Counted from the first letter of the stretch, positions 47,526 through 58,631 are shown. The stretch is DNA of 64,000 bases from an uncultured Aggregatibacter sp. (GCF_901873365.1 NZ_CABFLM010000115.1:526-64525), one strand, 5' to 3'. The notes: generated by a model not told the origin, from the sequence alone. A program made the numbers and translations.

Positions 47526-47541
47526 TTTAATGGAAAAAGAG

Positions 47542-47652
47542 ACCGCACTTTTCTGGTGTAGGGACAGGCGTTGTGCCTGTCCTAAATTCTCTTTATGACA
47601 TAAATGGGACAGGCATAACGCCTGTTCCTACAAAATGATTGTAAAGTGCGGT
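47542..47652. repeat. Second-family GTAG REP doublet (47558-47631) nested within an inverted USS pair
   Basis: GTAG-GGACAGGC-GTTGT-GCCTGTCC ... GGACAGGC-ATAAC-GCCTGTTC-CTAC, flanked by ACCGCACTT and AAGTGCGGT. Confidence 0.75.
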
Positions 47653-47672
47653 CACAATAAAGGAAGTTTATT

Positions 47673-48476
47673 ATGCGCCTTATCCCTCTACATAACGAAC
47701 AACAAGTTAGCCGTTGGGCAGCACGTCATATCGTTGAGAGAATCAATCGTTTTAATCCCACCGAAGAACGCCCGTTTGTATTGGGTTTACCTACCGGCGG
47801 AACACCACTTAAAACTTACCAAGAACTTATCCGCTTAAATCAAGCCGGTGAGGTGAGTTTTAAACATGTGGTCACATTCAACATGGATGAATATGTGGGC
47901 CTTCCGAAAGAACACCCGGAAAGCTATCACAGCTTCATGCACAACAATTTTTTCAACCACATTGATATTCAGCCGCAAAACATCAATATTTTAGACGGCA
48001 ATACGGACGATCATGATGAAGAATGTCGCCGTTACGAAGAAAAAATCAAATCTTACGGCAAAATTCATTTATTCATGGGCGGCGTTGGCGTAGATGGCCA
48101 TATTGCCTTCAACGAGCCGGCTTCTTCGTTAAGCTCTCGCACCCGTATTAAAACCTTAACACCGGATACGATCATCGCCAATTCCCGCTTTTTTGATAAT
48201 GATGTCAATAAAGTGCCGAAATATGCCTTAACCATTGGGGTTGGCACCTTGTTAGACGCAGAAGAAGTGATGATTTTGGCAACAGGGCATTCCAAAGCGC
48301 TCGCTGTGCAAGCCGCTGTTGAAGGCGCAGTAAATCACATGTGGACGGTCAGCGCATTGCAATTACATCGCCATTTTGTGTTGGTGTGTGATGAGCCGGC
48401 GTTGCAAGAATTGAAAGTGAAAACCGTGAAATATTTCACCGACTTGGAAAGTCACGCTATTCATAGCGTGTTGTAA
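47673..48476 (+). CDS. nagB: Glucosamine-6-phosphate deaminase
   Basis: [15 protein letters not shown] and GHIAFNEP. Confidence 0.98.
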   Translation: MRLIPLHNEQQVSRWAARHIVERINRFNPTEERPFVLGLPTGGTPLKTYQELIRLNQAGEVSFKHVVTFNMDEYVGLPKEHPESYHSFMHNNFFNHIDIQPQNINILDGNTDDHDEECRRYEEKIKSYGKIHLFMGGVGVDGHIAFNEPASSLSSRTRIKTLTPDTIIANSRFFDNDVNKVPKYALTIGVGTLLDAEEVMILATGHSKALAVQAAVEGAVNHMWTVSALQLHRHFVLVCDEPALQELKVKTVKYFTDLESHAIHSVL

Positions 48477-48526
48477 TGTTTAGCGCAAAAGTGCGGTGAA
48501 TTTTTAGATTATTTAAAGGTACGATT

Positions 48527-49672
48527 ATGAAATATGCATTAATTAATTCCGTCATTTACACCAAACATGAAATCCTTCGGGATTACGCGGTGGTCGTGAA
48601 TGGCGAACACATTGAAGCAGTGATTCCACAAAGCGAATTGGAAAGCGGCATTAAGACCCTTGATTTAGAGGGGCATAACCTCACTGCCGGTTTTATTGAC
48701 TTGCAATTAAACGGTTGTGGTGGTGTGATGTTCAACGACCAAACCAGTGTAGAAACCTTAGAAATCATGCAAGCGACCAACCTGAAATCCGGCTGCACCA
48801 GCTTCTTGCCAACCTTTATTACGGCACCGGATGAGGGCATCAAAAGTGCGGTGAAAGTTATGCGTGAATATTTGAATAAACATAAAAACCAAGCACTGGG
48901 TTTGCATATTGAAGGGCCGTATTTGAGCGTAGAGAAAAAAGGCGTACACCGTCCGGAATATATCCGTGAAATTTCACCTGAAATGAAAGATTTCTTGTGT
49001 GAAAACGCCGATGTGATCACGAAACTCACTATTGCCGCGGAAAACCCAACCATCAACTACACGCCTGATTTTGTAAAAAGTGGCATCGTGGTTTCAGTTG
49101 GTCACTCTAACGCCACCTATGACGTGGCAAAAGCGGCTTTCCGTAAAGGCGCAACTTTCGCAACGCACTTACACAATGCCATGTCGCCGATCAGTTCCGG
49201 TCGTGCCATGGGCGTGGTGGGTGCAGTATTGGATTCTGACGTTTACACCGGCATTATCGTGGACGGCGTACATGTGGATTTTGGTAATGTGCGTTTGGAT
49301 AAAAAAGTGAAAGGCGACAAACTTTGTATTGTGACCGATTCTTTAGCGGCTGCCGGTGCAGGCCCTGAACTAGAAACCTTCACCTTCGTGGGTAAAACCA
49401 TTTATGTGAAAGACGGCCGTTGCTATGACGGTAACGGCACGATCGCAGGTGCTTCTATCACCATGATGGAATCCATCAAAAATGCGGTGGAGTATGTTGA
49501 GATTCCTCTTGCCGAAGCGATTCGTATGAGTAACCTTTATCCGGCACGCGCCATCGGTGTCGATGACCGTTTGGGTTCCGTTGAAGCCGGCAAAGTCGCT
49601 AACCTTGCAGTCTTCACGAACGATTACCACGTCGTTGGTACTGTCGTGAACGGCGAGTGGAAAGCGAATTAA
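48527..49672 (+). CDS. nagA: N-acetylglucosamine-6-phosphate deacetylase
   Basis: GFIDLQLNGCGG, HIEGPY, GHSNA and THLHNAM. Confidence 0.98.
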   Translation: MKYALINSVIYTKHEILRDYAVVVNGEHIEAVIPQSELESGIKTLDLEGHNLTAGFIDLQLNGCGGVMFNDQTSVETLEIMQATNLKSGCTSFLPTFITAPDEGIKSAVKVMREYLNKHKNQALGLHIEGPYLSVEKKGVHRPEYIREISPEMKDFLCENADVITKLTIAAENPTINYTPDFVKSGIVVSVGHSNATYDVAKAAFRKGATFATHLHNAMSPISSGRAMGVVGAVLDSDVYTGIIVDGVHVDFGNVRLDKKVKGDKLCIVTDSLAAAGAGPELETFTFVGKTIYVKDGRCYDGNGTIAGASITMMESIKNAVEYVEIPLAEAIRMSNLYPARAIGVDDRLGSVEAGKVANLAVFTNDYHVVGTVVNGEWKAN

Positions 49673-49722
49673 TCAGGTATGAGCTTGTTGTCTAATGGGT
49701 AGGACAGCGTTTTATAAATAAC

Positions 49723-49957
49723 GCTCTGAAAACAAAAGAATCGTAGCGTGCAACTTGTTGCACGAAATCGTGAATATTCGAAAGGGTTAAATAACGTTCC
49801 TTGCGTGGTCTGGTCATGCATCAAGATACACGCTACGTATGAAATCGTGAGTTACGCCTTTTTGATGGCACGCGTTTCCTGACGCATGCCTTTTAATATC
49901 AACGGATTATCGACATCGCTGTGAAGCGCGCGCCATCGAATGCTCTGAAAACAAAAG
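49723..49957. repeat. 94-bp REPIN (49743-49836) plus a second dyad doublet (49864-49937), bounded by a 16-bp direct repeat
   Basis: Same REP arms and spacer as 34177-34270; GCTCTGAAAACAAAAG at 49723-49738 and 49942-49957. Confidence 0.82.
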
Positions 49958-50022
49958 TGCGGTGGAGTTTCCAAGTGTTTTTAACACACAGAGAAAACCA
50001 CCGCACTTTGCTTTATTCGTGA

Positions 50023-50523
50023 TTAGACCAACACGGCAAGTGCAGCGTCGTAATTCGGCTCGTTTTTAATTTCAGACACTAATTCGCTGTGTAACACGTT
50101 GTTATGTTCATCTAACACAATAACGGCGCGGGCGGTTAGGCCGGCGAGAAGGCCAGATGTAATGTCAACGCCGAGGGTTTTGTGTAACTCGTGGTGGCGG
50201 AACGTGGAAAGGGTTTGTACCTTGTCGATGCCTTCAGCACCACAGAAACGGATTTGCGCGAAAGGCAAGTCAGCGGAAATGCAAAGTACAACGGTGTTAG
50301 CCAATGTTGCGGCTTTTTCGTTGAATTTCCGCACGGAGGTGGCACAAACACCGGTGTCGATACTTGGAAAAATGTTTAACACTTTGCGCTGACCGGCAAA
50401 GGTGTTTAGGGTTACATCGCCCAATTCATTATTCACTAACGTGAGTTCATTGAGTCGGTCGCCAATTTGTGGGAAGCGGCCTGCAACATCGATTGGATTG
50501 CCTGCTAAAGTGACGTTATTCAT
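50023..50523 (-). CDS. tpx: Thiol peroxidase
   Basis: [28 protein letters not shown] and EPNYDAAL. Confidence 0.96.
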   Translation of the reverse strand: MNNVTLAGNPIDVAGRFPQIGDRLNELTLVNNELGDVTLNTFAGQRKVLNIFPSIDTGVCATSVRKFNEKAATLANTVVLCISADLPFAQIRFCGAEGIDKVQTLSTFRHHELHKTLGVDITSGLLAGLTARAVIVLDEHNNVLHSELVSEIKNEPNYDAALAVLV

Positions 50524-50562
50524 AATGCTCTCCTTAAATATGAAGTAAAAAGGTTGTCAAGA

Positions 50563-51624
50563 TTAATGACAACGACTGCTTAAATGGCTTGTAGTTGGCA
50601 CAGAAATAGTTGGAATCACATCAATATTTGGCGAATTGCAGTTATTGCATTTCATTTTCGCTACTTGGCTCATCACCAATTTGCCTAACATTTCAATGTG
50701 TGCCGGTTCTGCGTTGAGGGCAGGAATATATTGAAAGCTTTCTCCGCCGTGGGTTAAAAATAACGTTTTGTTTTCTTCCGAAATTTCTTCCAAGGTTTCC
50801 AAGCAGTCTGCCGCAAAGCCCGGGCAGATCACCGCCATTTTTTTGATACCTTGTTGTGCTGCATTAGAAATAAATCCATCGGTATAAGGTTGCAACCACA
50901 CTTCTTTACCAAAACGGGATTGGAAGGTTAAACCCCATTGTTTTTCATTTAAGCCCAACCCTTGTGCCACCGCGGCGGCGGTTTGTTGGCAATGTGTGCG
51001 GTAGTAATCGCCGGTGTTTTCGTAACGCAATGGAATGCCATGGAAGGAAAATAGCAAAAACTCATCGGATTTTAACCGCACTTTGCAGGATTCGATTAAG
51101 GCGGCGATGTAATCTTTATTTAATTGATATGAATGAATAAAATCAAAGGGCACAATGCCACGTTGTTGTTTCAATGCTTCAGCAAAAGAGTCGAACACCG
51201 CGCCTGTTGTACTACTGCTGTATTGTGGATAGAGCGGGAGTACGATGATGTGTTCCACTTGTTTTTCCAATAGTTTTTGCACCGCACTTGGCATGGACGG
51301 ATTGCCATAAGTCATACCGATTTCGATTTCCACATCCAGTTGCTGTTGTTGGAAAAAGTCGATTAAGCCTTGTTTTTGTTGTTCGGTGAACACCATTAAC
51401 GGAGAACCTTGTTCCGTCCAAATTGAACGATAATTTTTGGCAATACGTTTTGAACGCAACGGCAAAATAATGGCTTTAAGTAACGGATACCATTTACAAC
51501 GCGGCAAATCGACCACGCGGGGATCCGTTAAAAATTGCCATAAATAACGGGAAATATCCTTAGGACTTGGTGAGTCTGGCGTACCTAAATTGGCAAGAAT
51601 GACGCCGATTTTTAAATTAGTCAT
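50563..51624 (-). CDS. hemH: Ferrochelatase with an atypical Cys-containing C-terminal tail
   Basis: LANLGTP, PLYPQYS, FSFHGIP, FQSRFG and DCLETLEEI. Confidence 0.96.
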   Translation of the reverse strand: MTNLKIGVILANLGTPDSPSPKDISRYLWQFLTDPRVVDLPRCKWYPLLKAIILPLRSKRIAKNYRSIWTEQGSPLMVFTEQQKQGLIDFFQQQQLDVEIEIGMTYGNPSMPSAVQKLLEKQVEHIIVLPLYPQYSSSTTGAVFDSFAEALKQQRGIVPFDFIHSYQLNKDYIAALIESCKVRLKSDEFLLFSFHGIPLRYENTGDYYRTHCQQTAAAVAQGLGLNEKQWGLTFQSRFGKEVWLQPYTDGFISNAAQQGIKKMAVICPGFAADCLETLEEISEENKTLFLTHGGESFQYIPALNAEPAHIEMLGKLVMSQVAKMKCNNCNSPNIDVIPTISVPTTSHLSSRCH

Positions 51625-52039
51625 GTGTGATAATAGAAAGAGTTAAACGTGAAACGCAGCACAGTTTATCTTGTGCATCTCGAATGTCAATTTGCCAAAC
51701 CTGTACATTTTTACTTAAACGAATCGGGCTTGATTTAGCGCAAACATAGCCTTGTTTTACCGGGCGTAAATGGCTTGCATTGATCTCCAAACCAACGACA
51801 GCCTGATTGGCTTCTACACAGCAAAAAGCGGCAGTGGAAGCAACGCTTTCCGCAAGTGCCGCGGAAATGCCACCATGTAAAAATCCCATGGGTTGAGTAG
51901 TACGGTGATCCACCGGCATACGGGCTTCCAGCCAATCATCGCCCTGTGCGGTAAATTCAATGCCTAAATGTGCTACGGCACAGTGTTGGCAGAAGTCATT
52001 TAGTTGTTGTAGCGTGAGGTGTTTCTTCCAAATGCTCAT
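51617..52039 (-). CDS. menI: Hotdog-fold thioesterase (MenI/YdiI family)
   Basis: [17 protein letters not shown] and [11 protein letters not shown]; adjacent to ydiJ. Confidence 0.8.
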   Translation of the reverse strand: MSIWKKHLTLQQLNDFCQHCAVAHLGIEFTAQGDDWLEARMPVDHRTTQPMGFLHGGISAALAESVASTAAFCCVEANQAVVGLEINASHLRPVKQGYVCAKSSPIRLSKNVQVWQIDIRDAQDKLCCVSRLTLSIITHD

Positions 52040-52046
52040 GGTGTTG

Positions 52047-55000
52047 TTATTTCAATAAAGTTAATAAAGCTTGTACAGGGTGTTTCGGCTGATAATGGGT
52101 GAAACGCTTTACTTGGCTACGACAGGAATACCCGGTTGCCAAACAGAAGTTTGGATCTTTATATTGCAGTTTTTTCTCCCATGAGGCTTCATAAATGGCT
52201 TTCGACATTTCAATATGCTGGGTTTCGTGCCCGAAAGTGCCAGCCATGCCGCAACAGCCGACACTTTCAACCTGCAACTGCTGGTCGAAGGCTGCAAAAA
52301 TGTGTTGCCATTCTTTGCCACTGTTTGGCATCGCAGTCGTTTCTGTGCAGTGTGGGAATAAATACCACTGATGCGACTCAAAAGTGCGGTCGGTTTTTTC
52401 AGTGTTTTGTGCGGATAACAAGATGCCGTTATCCAACTGTTGCTTGAGCCATTCGTGGGCGGTCAGCACATGGAAATTACCGCGCTCAGCACCAAGAATT
52501 TCTTTGTATTCGTCACGATACGACAACACAATGGCGGGATCCACACCGACCAAAGGCATACCCAGTTTTGCCATACGATTAAGGAACTCAGCCTGATTTT
52601 TTGCGGTTTTTGCAAAACGGGTTAAAAAGCCCTTAATGTGTTGTGCTTTGCCGTTCGGTTTAAATGGCAATACCACAGGCTTAAAGCCCAGTTTTTGGGT
52701 TAACGCCACAAAATCGGCAACAACTTTGGCATCATAATAAGAGGTGAATGGATCTTGCACGATAAGCAAAACACGTTGTTTTTCCACCGCACTTAAGCGT
52801 TCTAATTGCTCTAATGAGGCGTTTTGATGACCAAGTTGAATGAGTTGTTGTTGCAGATTGGGTGTTGAGAGCAAGGGTAAATCCGTCATGCCTAAACATT
52901 TTTCTGCCACCTTTTGGCTAAATTTAGTCGCTGTAAAATAATTAAAGAGCTTCGCTTGTTTTGCCATTAGCGGCGCAACGTATTCCACGTTGGACACTAC
53001 ATAATCTTTGATTGGGCGCAGATAACGTTGGTGGTAAAAATGGAAGAACTTCGCGCGGAAACTCGGCACGTCGATTTTAATCGGGCATTGGCTGGCGCAA
53101 GCTTTACACGCCAGACAAGTATCCATTGCCGCTTTCACTTCATGGGAAAAATCGTATTCGCCACGGCGTTTTTGATAGCTGTTTTGGATTTTATGCACGA
53201 TATCCGTGAGTTTTATCGTGGACTGTTTGAAATCCAATTGCGCCGGGGTAACTTGCTCGTTCGCTAATAAACGCAACCATTCACGCACCATGGCGGCGCG
53301 GCCTTTCGGTGAAAATACACGATTTTTACTCACTTTCATAGACGGGCACATGGTGCTGTGGACGTCAAAGTTAAAGCATAGCCCGTTACCGTTACAATTC
53401 ATGGCACCGATAAATTCTTCTTTCATTTGAACGGGAATTTGGCGATCAAGGTCGGCTCGCATTGGCGATAAAATGGAATAAAGTGCTTGTTCGCTGTTTA
53501 ACGGCGTACAGATTTTCCCTGGATTGAGGCGATTTTGTGGGTCAAATAAGAATTTGATGTAACGTAATTCACGCCATAATTCGGGTGTAAAGAATTTTTC
53601 GCCGTATTGCGAGCGCATTCCTTTGCCATGTTCACCCCAAATTAATCCGCCGTATTTACGGGTGAGTTCTGCCACCTCGTCGGAAATCTGTTTGAATAAT
53701 TTCACTTGCTCCAAATCGCATAAATCTAATGCAGGACGAACATGCAACACGCCCGCATCCACATGACCGAACATACCGTATTGTAGATTATGGCTATCTA
53801 ATAAAGCGCGAAACTCGGTAATGTAATCCGCCAGATTTTCCGGCGGCACACAAGTGTCTTCTACAAAAGGAATGGGTTTTGCCGCGCCTTTGGCATTGCC
53901 AAGTAACCCTACGGCTTTTTTCCGCATGGCATAAATACGTTCAATGGACGGCAAATGATCGCAAACTTGGTAACCGATAATATGATCTTTGCCTTCAGCA
54001 ATTTTTTGATCCAATTGTGCACATAACTGCGCCACTTGTTTTTCAATTAATGCCTGATTATTGCCGGCATATTCCACTATATTTAAGCCAAGAATAGGAT
54101 GTTGTGCGTCTTCTGTTAACAGTTCTTTGACGGAGTGCCAAATAATGTCTTGTTTAGCCAAATTCAGCACTTTGGAATCGACAGTTTCTACAGAAAGTGC
54201 ATTGGCTTTGACCATAAAAGGCGCGTTGCGCAATGCCGCATCAAAAGAATTGTATTTAATGTTAATTAATGTGCGATGTTGTGGCAGCGGCATTAAATCC
54301 AATGTGGCTTCGCAAATAAAAGCAAGTGAGCCTTCAGAACCTGTCAAAATGCGGGTTAAATTGAATTCACTTAAATCATCGTTAAACACATTTTTTAAAT
54401 CGTAACCGGTCAGAAAACGGTTCAATTGGGGCAAATCATTCAGGATTTGTGAGCGTTTGTCTTTGCAACGTTGAAAAATCTCTTGATGGATTTTTTTCAC
54501 GTTGGCAGAGAGAGAGCTTTCTTCTGTATAGCGAAAAACGTCGTCAGATTTGACCGCACTTGTCTCTAAAATTTCGCCATTGATGAGCACAGCGCGTAAA
54601 CCGAGCACGTGGTCGGAGGTTTTCCCGTATTGTAAAGATCCTTGTCCTGACGCATCCGTATTGATCATTCCCCCTAAGGTGGCGCGGTTACTGGTGGAGA
54701 GTTCCGGCGAGAAAAATAAACCGTGCGGTTTTAGAAATTGATTAAGCTGATCTTTCACCACGCCGGCTTGCACGCGCACCCAACGTTCTTTTACATTGAG
54801 TTCTAAAATCTTTGTCATGTGGCGAGAGAGATCAACAATAATATTGTTATTGATGGATTGCCCGTTCGTACCGGTGCCACCACCACGTGGCGTAAACGTC
54901 AGCGAAAGGTATTTTTCCTGTTGTGCGAGTTTCGTTAGACGTACCACATCGGCAATGTTTTTCGGAAATAAAATGGCTTGCGGAAGTTGTTGGTAAACGC

Positions 55001-55136
55001 TGTTGTCGGTGGCGAGGCTAAGACGATCGGCATAATTTGAGGCAATATCTCCTTCAAAATGTTGCAATCGTAGCGCATCTAAATAATCACTGACTAATGG
55101 AGAAAGTTGAGGGATCTTTGTTAAGCGGGGTAGCAT
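52047..55136 (-). CDS. ydiJ: FAD-binding Fe-S oxidoreductase YdiJ (start taken at MLPRL)
   Basis: RGGGTGTNGQ, GEHGKG, CNGNGLC and CLACKACASQCP. Confidence 0.92.
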   Translation of the reverse strand: MLPRLTKIPQLSPLVSDYLDALRLQHFEGDIASNYADRLSLATDNSVYQQLPQAILFPKNIADVVRLTKLAQQEKYLSLTFTPRGGGTGTNGQSINNNIIVDLSRHMTKILELNVKERWVRVQAGVVKDQLNQFLKPHGLFFSPELSTSNRATLGGMINTDASGQGSLQYGKTSDHVLGLRAVLINGEILETSAVKSDDVFRYTEESSLSANVKKIHQEIFQRCKDKRSQILNDLPQLNRFLTGYDLKNVFNDDLSEFNLTRILTGSEGSLAFICEATLDLMPLPQHRTLINIKYNSFDAALRNAPFMVKANALSVETVDSKVLNLAKQDIIWHSVKELLTEDAQHPILGLNIVEYAGNNQALIEKQVAQLCAQLDQKIAEGKDHIIGYQVCDHLPSIERIYAMRKKAVGLLGNAKGAAKPIPFVEDTCVPPENLADYITEFRALLDSHNLQYGMFGHVDAGVLHVRPALDLCDLEQVKLFKQISDEVAELTRKYGGLIWGEHGKGMRSQYGEKFFTPELWRELRYIKFLFDPQNRLNPGKICTPLNSEQALYSILSPMRADLDRQIPVQMKEEFIGAMNCNGNGLCFNFDVHSTMCPSMKVSKNRVFSPKGRAAMVREWLRLLANEQVTPAQLDFKQSTIKLTDIVHKIQNSYQKRRGEYDFSHEVKAAMDTCLACKACASQCPIKIDVPSFRAKFFHFYHQRYLRPIKDYVVSNVEYVAPLMAKQAKLFNYFTATKFSQKVAEKCLGMTDLPLLSTPNLQQQLIQLGHQNASLEQLERLSAVEKQRVLLIVQDPFTSYYDAKVVADFVALTQKLGFKPVVLPFKPNGKAQHIKGFLTRFAKTAKNQAEFLNRMAKLGMPLVGVDPAIVLSYRDEYKEILGAERGNFHVLTAHEWLKQQLDNGILLSAQNTEKTDRTFESHQWYLFPHCTETTAMPNSGKEWQHIFAAFDQQLQVESVGCCGMAGTFGHETQHIEMSKAIYEASWEKKLQYKDPNFCLATGYSCRSQVKRFTHYQPKHPVQALLTLLK

Positions 55137-55543
55137 GTTGCACCATTCTCTATTTAAGCTAAAAGTCGTCAAAGTGTAACATAGAACGCAAGGGCGACGA
55201 TATTTATGTCATAAAATCAGGAAGTTGATTAAAAAATTGTCAATAAAAAGGTCTTTTTTGTTTAAATTTTGAGCAAAAGAGTGATCGATGATTTGATTTT
55301 CCATTTTTTAGGTAGGATAATACGCGAACTTTTGGACAGTCCTTCACATAAGGATATGAATTGCCAAAAGACAGAGTAGAGCAAGTTTGCTCTATTGATG
55401 TAATATCTTTGCCTTGAGATGACTTTTTAGATCGAACAGGTTAAGATAGCAGGTAGCACAATTCCTTTGTGTTGGTTTTCAGCTACATCAGCTGATACTT
55501 GTTTTAATTTAAATAGATGACTACATTTAAGAGGATCATCAAA

Positions 55544-56599
55544 ATGAAAAAAACTGCAATCGCATTAGCTATCGCTGGTTTAGCAGCAGCAACTGTAGCA
55601 CAAGCTGCACCACAAGCTAACACTTTCTATACTGGCGCAAAAGCCGGTTGGACTTCTTCCCACAACGGTTTCACCCAATTTCGTAATGCGGGTTATGATG
55701 TAAACCGTCACTCTGTAAACTACGGTGTGTTCGGTGGTTACCAAATCACTGATAACTTAGCAGCAGAAGTTGGCTATGAATATTTCGGTGGTTCTAAAAT
55801 CAAAAGCCGCCAAGACAAAACTGAAGCTAAACACACTGCTCACGGTACTACTTTAGCACTTAAAGCAAGCTACCCTGTATTAGCCGATTTAGACGTTTAT
55901 GGCCGTGTTGGTGCAGCATTAATCCGTAGCGATTACAAAGCTCCAGTGGCAGGCGGTAAATTAAAAGCTCACAACTTCAAAGTATCTCCGGTTTTAGCAG
56001 CAGGTGTTGAATATGCAATTCTTCCAGAATTAGCAGCACGTTTAGAATACCAATGGACTGCTCGTGTAGGTAACTTAGGTAAAGCTCTTGTTAAAAATGG
56101 TCCGGCTCCACGTGGACGTCACGCAGAGTTCTCTCCAAACATGGGTACTGTTGCTTTAGGTTTATCTTACCGTTTCGGTCAAGGTCAAGCACCTATGCCG
56201 GCACCTGAAGCGAAAGTTGTAAACAAAACTTTCAACTTGAACTCTGATGTGACTTTCGCATTCGGCAAAGCTGACTTAAAACCACAAGCTCGTGGCGTAT
56301 TAGATGGTATCTACGGCGAAATCGCACAAGTTAGCAATGCGAACGTTAAAGTTGCAGGTTACACAGACCGTATCGGTTCTGACGCTTACAACCAAAAATT
56401 ATCTCAAAAACGTGCTGAAAGCGTTGCTAACTACTTAGTGTCCAAAGGTGTTTCTCAACACGATATTTCTGCAACCGGTTATGGTAAAGCAAATCCAGTT
56501 ACTGGTAACAAATGTGACGCAGTTAAAGGCCGTAAAGCGCTTATCGCTTGTTTAGCTGATGACCGTCGTGTAGAAATCGCAGTTAGCGGTACTAAATAA
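55544..56599 (+). CDS. ompA: OmpA-family outer membrane protein (P5/Omp34-like; start taken at MKKTAI)
   Basis: Signal peptide then AAPQANTFY; beta-barrel ending LSYRFGQ; C-terminal domain NQKLSQKRAESV and DRRVEI. Confidence 0.96.
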   Translation: MKKTAIALAIAGLAAATVAQAAPQANTFYTGAKAGWTSSHNGFTQFRNAGYDVNRHSVNYGVFGGYQITDNLAAEVGYEYFGGSKIKSRQDKTEAKHTAHGTTLALKASYPVLADLDVYGRVGAALIRSDYKAPVAGGKLKAHNFKVSPVLAAGVEYAILPELAARLEYQWTARVGNLGKALVKNGPAPRGRHAEFSPNMGTVALGLSYRFGQGQAPMPAPEAKVVNKTFNLNSDVTFAFGKADLKPQARGVLDGIYGEIAQVSNANVKVAGYTDRIGSDAYNQKLSQKRAESVANYLVSKGVSQHDISATGYGKANPVTGNKCDAVKGRKALIACLADDRRVEIAVSGTK

Positions 56600-56632
56600 T
56601 TAGCATTTTGTTAATTATTTTCAGATAAAGAT

Positions 56633-56670
56633 AAAAAAGACCTAAACCTATGTTTAGGTCTTTTGTTTTT
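56633..56670 (+). terminator. Intrinsic terminator after ompA
   Basis: AAAAGACCTAAAC-CTAT-GTTTAGGTCTTTT. Confidence 0.85.
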
Positions 56671-56701
56671 TAGCTAAGTTTAATGATTGTAAGGAAAAAA
56701 A

Positions 56702-57283
56702 ATGAAAAAATGGCTTGTTCTGATTATTGTTGCCGTTGTTGCGGCTATGGCCTTAATTCCAAGTTATAACGGCTTGGTTGCCGCGGAAGAACAAATTAAT
56801 TCCGTATGGGCAAATGTTGAATCGACTTATCAACGTCGTTCCGATTTGATCCCGAATTTGGTGAATACCGTAAAAGGCCAGGCAAACTTTGAAAAAGAAA
56901 CCTTGACCGGTGTTGTTGAAGCGCGTGCAAAAGCAACGCAAACCAAAATTGATCCGTCTCATTTAACGGAAGAGCAATTAACCCAATTCCAACAAAGCCA
57001 AAATGAAGTAGGTTCAGCCTTGTCCCGTTTATTGGTGAGCGTAGAGAATTATCCTGAATTGCGTGCGAACGAAGGTTTTATGAACTTACAAGCGCAATTG
57101 GAAGGTACCGAAAATCGCATTAACGTTGCGCGTAATAAATTCAATGAAGCGGCACGTGAATACAACCAAAAAATTCGTACATTCCCAACTAAATTAGTGG
57201 CGATGATTTTTGGTTTCAAAGAAAAACCTTATTTCAAATCTGTTGCCGGTGCTGAAAATGCGCCGACAGTGAATTTTAACTAA
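56702..57283 (+). CDS. lemA: LemA family protein
   Basis: YQRRSDLIPNLVNTVKG, ENYPELRA and EGTENRINVAR. Confidence 0.93.
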   Translation: MKKWLVLIIVAVVAAMALIPSYNGLVAAEEQINSVWANVESTYQRRSDLIPNLVNTVKGQANFEKETLTGVVEARAKATQTKIDPSHLTEEQLTQFQQSQNEVGSALSRLLVSVENYPELRANEGFMNLQAQLEGTENRINVARNKFNEAAREYNQKIRTFPTKLVAMIFGFKEKPYFKSVAGAENAPTVNFN

Positions 57284-57295
57284 ACGGATAATAAG

Positions 57296-57754
57296 GTGGC
57301 GACCATGCCATTATTTGCAAAAATTCCGATAGATAAAAAACAGCTTGAGGCGGCAATCGCCCGCCTTGAGCGACAAACCTCCGCCGAGTTTCGGATTTTT
57401 ATCGAACGAAAAATACCGTCAAAACCGACCGCACTTTCTGTTTATGAACGTGCGTTGGGTGTTTTTTCACAACTTGAAATGCATCAAACGGCGGCGCGTA
57501 ATGGCGTGTTGATTTATATTGCCTATGATGATCGTCAATGTGCGATTATCGGAGACATTGGTATTCATCAGTATGTGGGCGATGACTTTTGGCAAACAGA
57601 ATGTGCCCGCATGATTGCGCATTTTAAACAAAAGCAATATACGGAAGGTATTTTGGCTTCGATGCAGAAAATTGGTGAACACTTAATTCAGCATTTTCCG
57701 GTTCAACCGGACGATCAAAATGAACTGGATAACGAGGTGATCATTCATGATTAA
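57296..57754 (+). CDS. TPM-domain protein
   Basis: LERQTSAEFRI, TAARNGVLIY and DDQNELDN; typical lemA neighbour. Confidence 0.85.
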   Translation: MATMPLFAKIPIDKKQLEAAIARLERQTSAEFRIFIERKIPSKPTALSVYERALGVFSQLEMHQTAARNGVLIYIAYDDRQCAIIGDIGIHQYVGDDFWQTECARMIAHFKQKQYTEGILASMQKIGEHLIQHFPVQPDDQNELDNEVIIHD

Positions 57755-58550
57755 GCGTGTATTGGGTTTATTGAGCTTAAAAAGTGCGGTCATTTTTTTC
57801 TGCATTTTTATGGCAACGACTGTTTCTGCCGTCACTTTTCCTGATTCGCCAAAACCTTTCCGTTATGTGAATGACTACACGAAAACGTTATCAGTAAAAG
57901 AGTTGGACGCATTAGAAGCGAAGTTGGCAGCCTATAGCAAAGAAACCAGTTCGCAAATTGCAGTGGTGATTGTGCCAACGACAGGTGAATATGAGGTTTC
58001 TCAATATGCCTTTGAATTAGGCGATAAATGGGGAATCGGGCGGAAAAATCTGAATAACGGTGTGTTGTTACTCATTGCGAAAGAGGATCGCAAATTATTT
58101 ATTGCGGTGGGACAAGGGTTGCAAGGCGTGTTGACTGATGCGCTGGCTTCACAAATTATTCGCAACCAAATTCGCCCTTATTTCCGCAACGAGCAATATG
58201 CCCAAGGCATTGATAACGGCTTGGACTATATTATTGCTGCCACCAAAGGCGAATTTGCGGCACAAGCGGAAGAGGAAAAGGATTTCGGGGATGTTGTGCC
58301 CTTTATCATGCTCGCGCTGTTTATTTTGATTGTGGTGATAGCGGAGGTTAACAGTCGTCGCGCTTACGTCAGCCCAACGAATAACCATGTCTTGAATGAA
58401 ATATTGCGCCAATCAATGTCAGATCATCGCCGTCATGGCAGAGGCGGTGGCGGTTTCGGTGGCTTTGGTGGAGGCGGTTTTGGCGGTGGCTCCGGTGGAG
58501 GTTTCGGTGGAGGCGGTTTTGACGGCGGTGGGGCAGGTGGTAGCTGGTAA
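57747..58550 (+). CDS. TPM-domain membrane protein (YgcG-like) with Gly-rich tail
   Basis: WGIGRKNLNNGVLLLIA, VGQGLQG and GGGGFDGGGAGGSW. Confidence 0.88.
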   Translation: MIKRVLGLLSLKSAVIFFCIFMATTVSAVTFPDSPKPFRYVNDYTKTLSVKELDALEAKLAAYSKETSSQIAVVIVPTTGEYEVSQYAFELGDKWGIGRKNLNNGVLLLIAKEDRKLFIAVGQGLQGVLTDALASQIIRNQIRPYFRNEQYAQGIDNGLDYIIAATKGEFAAQAEEEKDFGDVVPFIMLALFILIVVIAEVNSRRAYVSPTNNHVLNEILRQSMSDHRRHGRGGGGFGGFGGGGFGGGSGGGFGGGGFDGGGAGGSW

Positions 58551-58631
58551 TACCCTTTTGGATTTATTGGTCGGGCACATTGTTTGTGATACAATGCGCG
58601 CGTTTTCTCTTCAATGCATATAAGGAACATT

